A stretch of 64,000 nt of DNA from assembly GCA_964413015.1 (NCBI GenBank), contig CAYPQZ010000006.1:7070-71069 (forward strand). The letters are read 5' to 3'. Under the pieces are notes generated by a model, which was given only the letters and a program-made list of their open reading frames with translations, had not been told where the DNA came from and ran no database searches. The translations under genes were made by a program, and so were the position numbers. Positions within the stretch are counted from its first letter, which is position 1, and every line of letters starts with the position of its first letter. The DNA is from an uncultured Candidatus Saccharibacteria bacterium. GTDB taxonomy: Bacteria; Patescibacteriota; Minisyncoccia; Portnoybacterales; UBA2143. Below are positions 47,745 to 56,434 of the stretch, one piece after another.

Positions 47745-50378
47745 ATGAGGAAGGCGTGGCATAATTTCTCCATTAAAAAGGCGTTTCAGGAATTAGGTTC
47801 TAGCGATAAAGGATTGACCAGGCAACAGGCCAAGGAAAGATTAAAAAAGTTCGGTTTAAATCAGATTTCTGAAGACGGACAGGACTCTAAATTAAAGATA
47901 TTTCTGGAGCAAATCAAAAGCCCCCTAGTTTATATTCTTCTGATTGCCGGAATAGTGACTTTTTTTCTGTCCGAATACACGGATACTCTGGTTATTTTCG
48001 GGGCAGTTCTTTTAAATACTTTAATCGGCTATTTGCAGGAAAACAAGGCTAGCCAGGCGCTAGTTAAGTTAAAAAAAGTTCTACGGGTTAAATCAGTAGT
48101 TTTAAGAGACGGGAAAAAGGGAGAAGTTATTCAGAAAAATCTGGTCCCGGGCGATGTCATTTTTTTAAAAACCGGCGGCAAAGTTCCGGCTGACGCCCGA
48201 ATAATTGAGAATAACGGTTTAATGATAAATGAATCGGCCCTGACCGGCGAGTGGATGTCATCCAAAAAAAACAGCCGGGTTCTGCCTGAAAAAACCCCTT
48301 TGGCTGACCGTGATAACATGGTTTATATGGGGACAATTGTTGAGAGCGGCTGGGGCAAGGCGGTAGTGGTTAATACCGGTATGTCCGCTGAAATTGGCCG
48401 GGTAGCCCAGATGATCAGAGAATCAAAAGAAAAGAAAACGCCTTACCAGAAAAAACTTCGCCATTTCAGCAAAGTCGTCGGTTTTGTGATTATGATTGTA
48501 TGCGCAGTCATTTTTCTGGAAGGGATGTTCACTCGAGGCAAGTTTATTGAAATGTTTACCACTTCTATAGCGATAGCTGTGGCGGCCATTCCTGAAGGTT
48601 TGCCGGTAGCGATAACCGTTATTTTAGCCTTGGGTATGCAGAGGATTCTTAAAAGAAAAGGGCTGGTCAGAAGATTGGCTTCGGCTGAAACTTTAGGGAG
48701 CACTTCAATTATCCTGACCGATAAAACAGGAACCTTGACTGAAGGGAAAATGGAAGTTTCCGGGATTTTTACCGGTCGGGGACTAGATGCTTCATTCAAT
48801 CGCGAAGCGCTGAAAATTGTTATGTGCTGCAACGAATCCTTTATTGAGAATCTGGACGAGCCAATGGCCAAATGGATTATTCGCGGGCGGCCGACGGAAA
48901 AAGCTCTTTTGCTAGCCGGAATTCAGGCTGGGTTTAACCAGGACGATTTGGATATAAAACAACCTTTAATTGACCAGTTTCTTTTTGACCCGGCCTATAA
49001 ATACGCAGTCAGTTTGCGCGAGTCTGATTCCAAAAATAATATTTTGTACGTGGTCGGCTCTCCGGAAAAATTGCTGGGTTTATCAAGTTATTTAAGCGAT
49101 GAAGGGAAAGAAAAAAAATTGTTAATCACAGATTACAAAAAAGTCAAAGGGAAGATTAACAAATTAGCCGAGCAAGGATTAAGAGTTATAGCGGTTGCCC
49201 GCAAAAAAATTCCTTCAAAAAAATCAAAAGATTACCAGCAACTAACTGATTTAGTTGAAGAAATGGTCTTCGTTGGGCTAATCGCCTTGCACGACCCGAT
49301 TAGAGAAAAAACTGGGAAAGTTATCAATATTTGCCGTCAGGCCGGGATGAGGCCGATTATTGTCACCGGTGACCATAAATTAACTGCCTTGACCGTAGCC
49401 AATAAACTTGGATTTAAGGTAAGCGAGAAAGAAATCTTAGAAGGCCAGGATTTATCTAAAATTTCTGACAAAGATTTCGGGAAAATATTTAGCAAGATTA
49501 AAGTCTATGCCCGGGTTGAACCGGCTCAAAAATTAAGGATTGTTCGAGCTTGGCAGGAAAGAGGAGAAGTTGTAGCTATGACCGGAGACGGAATCAATGA
49601 TGCGCCGGCGCTTAAAAAAGCCGATATCGGCATTGCTCTAGGCTCTGGGAGCGATATCGCCAGAGAGGTTTCCGATTTAGTTCTATTAACTGACAATTTT
49701 AATGTTATTGTGGCGGCTATTGAAGAAGGCCGAGCGATTGTTAATAATATCCGAAAAACGATCACTTATTTGCTTTCAGACAGTTTTTCGGAAGTCATTT
49801 TAGTCGGCGTGAGCCTGCTTTTAGGATGGCCTTTGCCAATTCTGGCCGCCCAGATTTTATGGGTTAACCTGATTGAAGATGGTCCCTTAGGCATTTGTTT
49901 GGCTTTTGAAAAAAAAGAAAAGGGAATTATGAAGCAGAAGCCGAAAAGTTACAGATTTTCCCTTTTGAATAAAGAAATGAAAACTCTTATTTTTATTATC
50001 GGGTTGGTTACAGATGTTCTTTTATTGGGCCTTTTCTTTTTTTTGTTAAAATATTCCGGATATGAAATGCCTCATATTCGGTCAGTAATTTTTGCCGGAT
50101 TAACCATCGATTCTCTTTTCTATATTTTTTCCTGCAAAAGCTTAAAGCGTAATCTATGGCAAATTAATTTATTATCCAACAAATTTCTAATTTTTTCCTG
50201 GCTGTTTGGAATAATTATGCTGTTAATCGCCTTATATATTCCTTTTTTCCAAGGGCTTTTGAAAACTGTCCCTTTGAATCTTGTTGATTGGGGATTAGTT
50301 CTTGTGTTGGGCATTCTGAATATGTTTTTGATTGAATCTACTAAGTACTACTTCATTACTCATCGGCAAGCATGTTAG
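47745..50378 (+). CDS. P-type cation-transporting ATPase (Ca2+-like, type IIA)
   Basis: IPEGLP, DKTGTLT, TGDH, MTGDGINDAPAL. Confidence 0.93.
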   Translation: MRKAWHNFSIKKAFQELGSSDKGLTRQQAKERLKKFGLNQISEDGQDSKLKIFLEQIKSPLVYILLIAGIVTFFLSEYTDTLVIFGAVLLNTLIGYLQENKASQALVKLKKVLRVKSVVLRDGKKGEVIQKNLVPGDVIFLKTGGKVPADARIIENNGLMINESALTGEWMSSKKNSRVLPEKTPLADRDNMVYMGTIVESGWGKAVVVNTGMSAEIGRVAQMIRESKEKKTPYQKKLRHFSKVVGFVIMIVCAVIFLEGMFTRGKFIEMFTTSIAIAVAAIPEGLPVAITVILALGMQRILKRKGLVRRLASAETLGSTSIILTDKTGTLTEGKMEVSGIFTGRGLDASFNREALKIVMCCNESFIENLDEPMAKWIIRGRPTEKALLLAGIQAGFNQDDLDIKQPLIDQFLFDPAYKYAVSLRESDSKNNILYVVGSPEKLLGLSSYLSDEGKEKKLLITDYKKVKGKINKLAEQGLRVIAVARKKIPSKKSKDYQQLTDLVEEMVFVGLIALHDPIREKTGKVINICRQAGMRPIIVTGDHKLTALTVANKLGFKVSEKEILEGQDLSKISDKDFGKIFSKIKVYARVEPAQKLRIVRAWQERGEVVAMTGDGINDAPALKKADIGIALGSGSDIAREVSDLVLLTDNFNVIVAAIEEGRAIVNNIRKTITYLLSDSFSEVILVGVSLLLGWPLPILAAQILWVNLIEDGPLGICLAFEKKEKGIMKQKPKSYRFSLLNKEMKTLIFIIGLVTDVLLLGLFFFLLKYSGYEMPHIRSVIFAGLTIDSLFYIFSCKSLKRNLWQINLLSNKFLIFSWLFGIIMLLIALYIPFFQGLLKTVPLNLVDWGLVLVLGILNMFLIESTKYYFITHRQAC

Positions 50379-50388
50379 AATAATCATT

Positions 50389-51414
50389 ATGGAATATTTA
50401 ATTATTTTACTTTTAATAATGATTGTCGGGCTGTTGCTTTTTTTGTTGTTTCGTAAAAAAACAGACAAACCGGAAGGCGAATCCTTGATGATGCTTCAAC
50501 AGCAGGTTAACCAATTAAGCCAGGTTCTGGATAACAAGCTGGCCGAGTCGGCTAAGTCGGTTCAGTCACAGTTTAAAGAAAGCAGTAAGATTATCCGGAA
50601 CGTGACTGAGAAATTAACTAATCTGGATAATACCAACAAGCAAGTAATGGGTTTTGCCGAGCAATTGCAGTCATTGGAAAATATTTTAACTAGTCCCAAA
50701 CAGAGAGGAATTTTAGGAGAATACTATTTGGAAACGGTTTTAAAAAATGTTCTGCCGCCCAAGGCATATCAAATGCAGTATGAATTTGACGACGGTGAAA
50801 TAGTTGACGCGGTTATTTTTATAAAGGACAAAATTATCCCGATTGACTCAAAATTCTCTTTAGAGAATTACAACCGGATTGCCCGAGAAGAAAATGGAGA
50901 AAAGCGTCTAAAACTGGAAAGGCAGTTTAAGCTGGATTTAAAAAAACGAATTGACGAAACGGCCAAATACATCAAACCTAATAAAGGGACTATGGATTTT
51001 GCTTTTATGTTTATTCCGGCTGAAGGAGTTTATTATGACCTATTGATTAATCAAGTGGGGACGGTTAAGATAGCCACCCGAGATTTGATAGAATACGCTT
51101 TTAAAGACAAGCATGTGATAATTGTTTCGCCGACTTCTTTTCACGCCTATTTACAGACCGTCTTACAGGGTTTGCGGGCTTTGCAAATTGAAGAATCGGC
51201 TAAGGGAATTCGCAAGGCGGTTGGCAAGCTGGAAAAGCATTTGAGAAGCTATGAAGAGTATTTAAAAAAATTGGGCAATAACCTTGGAACTACGGTGAAT
51301 ATGTATAATTATGCGTATAGGGAGTTTGGCAAAATTGATAAAGACGCGGCTAAAATCACCGGCGAAAAACCGGAAACCGAGGTTAAAAAAATAGAAAAGC
51401 CGGTTATTGATTAA
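50389..51414 (+). CDS. rmuC: DNA recombination protein RmuC
   Basis: RGILGEYYLE, PIDSKF, FAFMFIPAEG, VSPTS. Confidence 0.92.
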   Translation: MEYLIILLLIMIVGLLLFLLFRKKTDKPEGESLMMLQQQVNQLSQVLDNKLAESAKSVQSQFKESSKIIRNVTEKLTNLDNTNKQVMGFAEQLQSLENILTSPKQRGILGEYYLETVLKNVLPPKAYQMQYEFDDGEIVDAVIFIKDKIIPIDSKFSLENYNRIAREENGEKRLKLERQFKLDLKKRIDETAKYIKPNKGTMDFAFMFIPAEGVYYDLLINQVGTVKIATRDLIEYAFKDKHVIIVSPTSFHAYLQTVLQGLRALQIEESAKGIRKAVGKLEKHLRSYEEYLKKLGNNLGTTVNMYNYAYREFGKIDKDAAKITGEKPETEVKKIEKPVID

Positions 51415-51424
51415 AGGATAAGCT

Positions 51425-51488
51425 GATAAGAACAGTCTTTAAAATGACGCCCTTGTGCTCAAGGGACATCATTTTAAGGACTGTCTTT
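51425..51488 (+). repeat. Element B copy
   Basis: Near-identical to 38219-38282. Confidence 0.92.
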
Positions 51489-51536
51489 TTAAGTCCACTT
51501 GATTTTTGTTTTCGGATGAGTTAGGATAGGGGTATG

Positions 51537-51671
51537 CCCCGTAGAGAAATTTTGACTCATTCGCCTTAGGCGAATAAGTAAATATACGGGGATATATATT
51601 AAGTTAAGTTAATAAAAAAAGTATAATTTAAGAGTTTTGATATCTCAAAATGTCAAAGTTCTTCTACGGGG
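51537..51671 (+). mobile_element. MITE-like element D, copy 2, at the rplU start codon
   Basis: Ends nearly identical to 29472-29602; TATG on both flanks. Confidence 0.85.
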
Positions 51672-51672
51672 T

Positions 51673-51993
51673 ATGTTTGCGGTAATAAAAACCGGCGGGA
51701 AGCAGTATCTGGTTTCGCCGGGCGATAAAATTAAAATAGAAAAAATAGACGACCAGAAGGGCAAAGAAATAACCTTTGACCAAGTTTTATTAATGGATAA
51801 AAACAAGACCTTAAAAATAGGAGAGCCGTTGGTTAAAAGCGCTAAAGTCAAGGCAAAAGTTATCAAGCAAGATCGGGCTGAGAAAGTGGTTGTTTTCAAA
51901 TACAAGCCTAAGAAACGCTACCAAAAAAAAATGGGCCATCGACAGCCCTATACTGAAGTAGAAATATTAAAAATTTTATCTTCGGCCAAGTAA
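51673..51993 (+). CDS. rplU: 50S ribosomal protein L21
   Basis: MFAVIKTGGKQY, GHRQPYT. Confidence 0.97.
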   Translation: MFAVIKTGGKQYLVSPGDKIKIEKIDDQKGKEITFDQVLLMDKNKTLKIGEPLVKSAKVKAKVIKQDRAEKVVVFKYKPKKRYQKKMGHRQPYTEVEILKILSSAK

Positions 51994-52575
51994 AGCGTTA
52001 GTCAAAGTATTTTCATCAGCGTATTCCAGATCGGAACCAGTTGACAAGCCGCGTCCCAAGCGGCTCGTTTTAATTTTCAGCGGTTTGAGCAGATGTTCAA
52101 TATACAAAGCAGTGGTATCTCCTTCAGTAGTCGGGCTTAAAGCAAAAACAATTTCTTTAACTGGCGGCTGATTTTTTTTGACTCTTTCAATCAACTGCTT
52201 GATTCTTAATTTTTCCGGGTCAATGCCGTCGGCCGGAGAAATCAATCCGCCCAGGACATGATAAAGTCCGTGATACTGTTTGGTTTTTTCCAGGGGCAGA
52301 ATATTTAAAATATTTTCTACCAGGCAGATTGTCTGTTGGTCTCTTCTGGGTTGCCGGCAGATAGAACAGAGCTGATTGTCTTTGCTGGCCAGATTAAAAC
52401 ACTGCGGGCAAAGATGAATTTCGGTTTTAGAACTTTTAATCAAATGAGCTAATTCATCCAAGTTTTTCTGGTCCTGGTTTATTAAATAGAAAACCAGCCG
52501 GGTGGCAGCTCGGGGTCCAATGTCAGGCAGTTTGCTTAACTGGTTGATTAAGTTTTGAATTGATTCAGGGAACAT
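51976..52575 (-). CDS. recR: Recombination mediator RecR
   Basis: LPDIGPRAATRL, C4 zinc finger, YHVLGG, Toprim; start at MFPESI. Confidence 0.95.
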   Translation of the reverse strand: MFPESIQNLINQLSKLPDIGPRAATRLVFYLINQDQKNLDELAHLIKSSKTEIHLCPQCFNLASKDNQLCSICRQPRRDQQTICLVENILNILPLEKTKQYHGLYHVLGGLISPADGIDPEKLRIKQLIERVKKNQPPVKEIVFALSPTTEGDTTALYIEHLLKPLKIKTSRLGRGLSTGSDLEYADENTLTNALLGRR

Positions 52576-52578
52576 ACC

Positions 52579-52663
52579 AATTTTGACAATGACAAACAGA
52601 TAAGAACAGTCTTTAAAATGACACCCTTGTCCCAAGGGACATTATTTTAAGGACTGTCCTTAT
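52579..52663 (+). repeat. Remnant end of A plus element B
   Basis: AATTTTGACAA-linker-GATAAGAACAGTC...GGACTGTCCTTAT. Confidence 0.88.
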
Positions 52664-52680
52664 AGTCTTATCAAGCGCCT

Positions 52681-54045
52681 TTATTCACCAAAATGCTTTT
52701 CCAGATTCTTGAAGCTGATTTGGCTTTCGTTAAAAAAGAGTTCTATTTTACCAGTTGGTCCGTTCCGGTGCTTAGCGATATGGACTTCAGCAATATTCTT
52801 TTTCTCAGTATTGGGATTGTCTTTGTCTTCTCGGTAAATGAATAGGACGACGTCGCTATCCTGTTCAATGGCTCCTGAATCGCGAAGGTCCGAAAGTTTA
52901 GGAATGGCCGGCGAACGGCTTTCTACCGCCCGGGAAAGCTGAGAAATTGCCAGGATGGGAAGATTTAATTCTCGGCCTAATGACTTTAAACTGCGCGAGA
53001 CTTCGGTCATTTGTTGGACCGGCGGGTCGCTGGGGTTACGCGGCTGAATCATTTGGATATAGTCAATTACCACCAGCCCTAAATTATGCTCGCTTTGCAG
53101 GCGGCGGGCCATAGTTCTTATTTGCATAACGCTCGGCGAAGGGGTGTCATCAATAAAAATAGAGGCAGCCGATAATTCGTCCAAGGCGCGTTGGATGCGC
53201 TGGAAGTCGTTGTCTGGACCTTCTCCGGAAAGCCGTCCAGTGCGCATCCTCCAAGAATCTACTTCTGCTTGGGAGCAGATTAGTCGGTCAACTAGTTGCT
53301 CTTTAGACATTTCCAAACTGAAAATGGCGGTCGGGATTTTCTCTTTAGTTGAGATGTGCCGGACAAAGTCTAGAGCCAGCGAAGTTTTGCCAAGCGACGG
53401 CCGGGCCGCCAAAACAATCAGATCAGATTTTTGCAGGCCGGATAGATGATTGTCTAAGTCAATAAATCCCGTAGGCACTCCCCGAGTAACTTCTTCTCCC
53501 CGGTGAAGTTTGTCAATTCTTTCAAAAGCGTCTTCCAAGGCATCTTTCACAAGAATGAATTTCTGGCTGATTGATTTTTGGGAGATGCTGAAAATTCTCT
53601 GTTCCGCGCTATCTACTAAGCTTTCAACGTCTTCGTCTTCCTGGTGGCTTATTTGTTCAATTTGGTGCGAAGCGTCAATCAGGTCGCGGAGCGTTTTCTT
53701 ATTCCTGATAATTTTCGCGTAATGGGTAATATGAGCGGCTGTAGGGACTGAATTAACCAAGCTGCTTAAATAAGTAGTTCCGCCTATTTCTTTTAATTGA
53801 TTTTTCTCTTTTAAACGATTGGTTAAGCTTAATAAATCAATCGGCTCGTTTTTTTCGTAAAGCTCAAGAACCGCCTGATAAATATTACTATGGATTTCCC
53901 GGTAAAAATCTTCCGCTTTCAGGATATCGGCTATTCTAAAAATGCTCTCCTTATCCAGCATTAAAGAGCCCAGCACCGATTGTTCGGCTTCAATATTTTG
54001 CGGAGGCAAATATTCCTCGGCTAATTTGTTTTTTTTGTCAGGCAT
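52681..54045 (-). CDS. dnaB: Replicative DNA helicase DnaB
   Basis: PPQNIEAEQSVLG, AARPSLGKT, IDYIQ, SDLRDSGAIEQD; no intein. Confidence 0.97.
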   Translation of the reverse strand: MPDKKNKLAEEYLPPQNIEAEQSVLGSLMLDKESIFRIADILKAEDFYREIHSNIYQAVLELYEKNEPIDLLSLTNRLKEKNQLKEIGGTTYLSSLVNSVPTAAHITHYAKIIRNKKTLRDLIDASHQIEQISHQEDEDVESLVDSAEQRIFSISQKSISQKFILVKDALEDAFERIDKLHRGEEVTRGVPTGFIDLDNHLSGLQKSDLIVLAARPSLGKTSLALDFVRHISTKEKIPTAIFSLEMSKEQLVDRLICSQAEVDSWRMRTGRLSGEGPDNDFQRIQRALDELSAASIFIDDTPSPSVMQIRTMARRLQSEHNLGLVVIDYIQMIQPRNPSDPPVQQMTEVSRSLKSLGRELNLPILAISQLSRAVESRSPAIPKLSDLRDSGAIEQDSDVVLFIYREDKDNPNTEKKNIAEVHIAKHRNGPTGKIELFFNESQISFKNLEKHFGE

Positions 54046-54053
54046 TTTTTAAG

Positions 54054-54965
54054 TTAAAGCCATTTTTTCTTTCTGAAGTAAATGACCATTACGCCGGTGG
54101 TGGAAATCATAAAAATAAAGATAATAAACCAGGTAAAACGATTTTGGAGTAAAGGAATTTTCCCGAAAACATTCATTCCGAAAAACCCGACAATTACGCT
54201 TAAGGGGAAGGTAATAAAAGAAACTACCGTCAGGAATTTCATAATATCGCTTAATTTGTAGGAAAGCAGGGAATTGTTGGTTTGCTCAATGGAATTGATT
54301 AATTCCCGGTGATTCTCCAGAACGTTCCAGACCCGGATTGAAGAACCGACGACTTCTTGGCTTAATGGCTGGAGTTCCCGTCCAAAAAAATAATGCGACT
54401 TTTTGGCCAAGATTTCTAAAACTGAACGTTGCGGCTTAAGAGCCCTGCGGAAGTCAATCAGATCTTTTTTGGCCATGGCAATTTCGGTAAGCATTTCTTT
54501 TTCTTTGCCTTGGAAAACCTGTCCTTCAATCTCTTCTATTTTCTCGCTAATATTATCAAGCATAGGCAAACAGGAATCAACTAGCCAATCAAGCAGACCC
54601 ATCAGTAAATGGCCGCTGCTTTTAAAATATTGGTCCTGATGATAGTCCTGAAGATTGCAGTCATCAAAAAATGTTTTTAAATTGGGAATTTCCTGTGCGT
54701 GGCTGGTAATTATGGTATCGGAGGTAACAATAAAATCCAATTCGGTTGGTTTTGTCTGACCAGTCTCCGGGTTGAAAACCGGAAAGTGAAGAACGATGAA
54801 AAGCTGTTCCGCATACTCTTCTATTTTTGGCCGGTGAATCGGCGGGAGGAATTGTTGGACAATAAAAGGGTGTAGATTATATTTTTCTTTTAACTCATCA
54901 AGATCTTTTTGGCTTGGCTTTTCTATGTCAATCCAAATTGTTTTATTAGCGCTTATTGTTTTCAT
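54054..54965 (-). CDS. corA: CorA family Mg2+ transporter
   Basis: HRPKIEEY, GFFGMN, two C-terminal TM. Confidence 0.9.
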   Translation of the reverse strand: MKTISANKTIWIDIEKPSQKDLDELKEKYNLHPFIVQQFLPPIHRPKIEEYAEQLFIVLHFPVFNPETGQTKPTELDFIVTSDTIITSHAQEIPNLKTFFDDCNLQDYHQDQYFKSSGHLLMGLLDWLVDSCLPMLDNISEKIEEIEGQVFQGKEKEMLTEIAMAKKDLIDFRRALKPQRSVLEILAKKSHYFFGRELQPLSQEVVGSSIRVWNVLENHRELINSIEQTNNSLLSYKLSDIMKFLTVVSFITFPLSVIVGFFGMNVFGKIPLLQNRFTWFIIFIFMISTTGVMVIYFRKKKWL

Positions 54966-55143
54966 AGAATCTCTACGAATTACGAATTTTATACGAATAT
55001 ACGAATAATTTATAATTAGTATATCGGCATTCTGTTTGTAATTTGCAGCAATTTTATTATCAAATATATCTTATCATAATCTTTTCGTATTTGACAACTT
55101 TTGGAAAGGTGATAAAATGTCAATAAGTAGTTAATAATAAATA

Positions 55144-55644
55144 ATGGGAAAAGATGAGAATCTTACATATATTTCTGAAGAAACAGAGGGAGTTAAGAAG
55201 GTCAAGCTTGCCAAAAGCAAGGCGATTAAACTTAAATTAAAAGAGTGCCAAGATGAAAAGGAGGAGTATTTAACCCAAGTCCAGCGAGCTCGGGCTGATT
55301 TAATCAATTTCCGTAGGCGTCAGGAACAGGCCATAGAAGAATTGGGTAAATACGGACAGGAGACTTTTATCAGAGAATTGCTGCCTGTGTTAGACAGTTT
55401 GCGAATTGGAGCCAGAAACAACCCGGAATTGAAATCAGTTAAGAAACAATTAGAGGGAATTTTAAAAAACCGCGGCTTGGGAGAGATTGGAACAAAAGGA
55501 GAAAAATTCAATCCCGAATTTCACGAAGCTATTCAGCAGGTTAAGTCGAAAAAAGAATCGGGGATTATTATTGAAGAGGTCCAAAAAGGATATTTATTAA
55601 ACAATAAAGTTTTAAGACCAAGCAAGGTCAAAATAGCTAAATAG
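55144..55644 (+). CDS. grpE: Nucleotide exchange factor GrpE
   Basis: ADLINFRRR, FNPEFHEA, KGYLL...RPSKV. Confidence 0.93.
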   Translation: MGKDENLTYISEETEGVKKVKLAKSKAIKLKLKECQDEKEEYLTQVQRARADLINFRRRQEQAIEELGKYGQETFIRELLPVLDSLRIGARNNPELKSVKKQLEGILKNRGLGEIGTKGEKFNPEFHEAIQQVKSKKESGIIIEEVQKGYLLNNKVLRPSKVKIAK

Positions 55645-55694
55645 AATTTTTAATTTCTAATTTTTAATTTTTAAACATTAAAAATTAAGATTTA

Positions 55695-55778
55695 TTTACC
55701 CGCCTGTCAAAGCTACCCGTCAGCAACGCTTAGAGCATAGCTCTTGCGGACTGATGCTTTGCATTGCGGGCAGGTAAA
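55695..55778. repeat. Nested GC-rich hairpin element within AT heptamer tracts
   Basis: TTTACCCGCCTG...AGAGC-ATA-GCTCT...GCGGGCAGGTAAA. Confidence 0.6.
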
Positions 55779-55795
55779 ATTAAAAATTAAAATTC

Positions 55796-56245
55796 ATGCC
55801 TATAAAATGGAGACCATTTAAAGATTTAGAAGGGGGACAAAATTTTTCCCAATTGCCTGATATTTTTGGCCAAGGGGAAGAATGGGTGCCTTTTGTCCCG
55901 ACTTTTCGGCCGGAAGAGCCAATCGTGGACATCTATCAGGATAAGGACAATCTCTATGTAGATGTTTCTTTAAGCGGGATTAAGCCGGAGAATGTGGAAA
56001 TTTCTATTGAGGATAACATTCTGACTATTCAGGGCAAGGGCGAAGAGAAAAAAGAAGTTGAGGGAAAAGATTATCTGAGACGAGAAATAAGGAGAGGGTC
56101 TTTCAGAAGAACTCTCAAACTGCCGGTGGATGTAAAAGACAACAAAGCAGTTGCTGAGAGCAAGAACGGCATACTTAAGATTACCGTTCCCAAAGTAGCC
56201 AAGAAAATTTCCAATTCAAAAAAAGTCCCTATTAAAATAAAGTAA
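55796..56245 (+). CDS. Hsp20/alpha-crystallin small heat-shock protein
   Basis: VDIYQ, REIRRGSFRR, NGILKITVPK. Confidence 0.93.
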   Translation: MPIKWRPFKDLEGGQNFSQLPDIFGQGEEWVPFVPTFRPEEPIVDIYQDKDNLYVDVSLSGIKPENVEISIEDNILTIQGKGEEKKEVEGKDYLRREIRRGSFRRTLKLPVDVKDNKAVAESKNGILKITVPKVAKKISNSKKVPIKIK

Positions 56246-56275
56246 GTTAAGCAAGATAAGGACTGTCCTTAAGAG

Positions 56276-56379
56276 AATTTAAGGATTGTCATTGAGGATT
56301 ACGTCCCTTTACCGAAGTCAAAGGGCGTATCCGCCTGTCCGCCTCTGGAGGAAAAGGACGACTCCTTAAATTTTGACAA
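56276..56379 (+). repeat. Element A copy upstream of dnaK
   Basis: AATTTAAGGATTGTC...GACGACTCCTTAAATTTTGACAA. Confidence 0.92.
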
Positions 56380-56434
56380 TCTTTAAATTTTCTTCTTAAA
56401 GATATTCTTTAATTAATAAGATTAACTAAAAACT

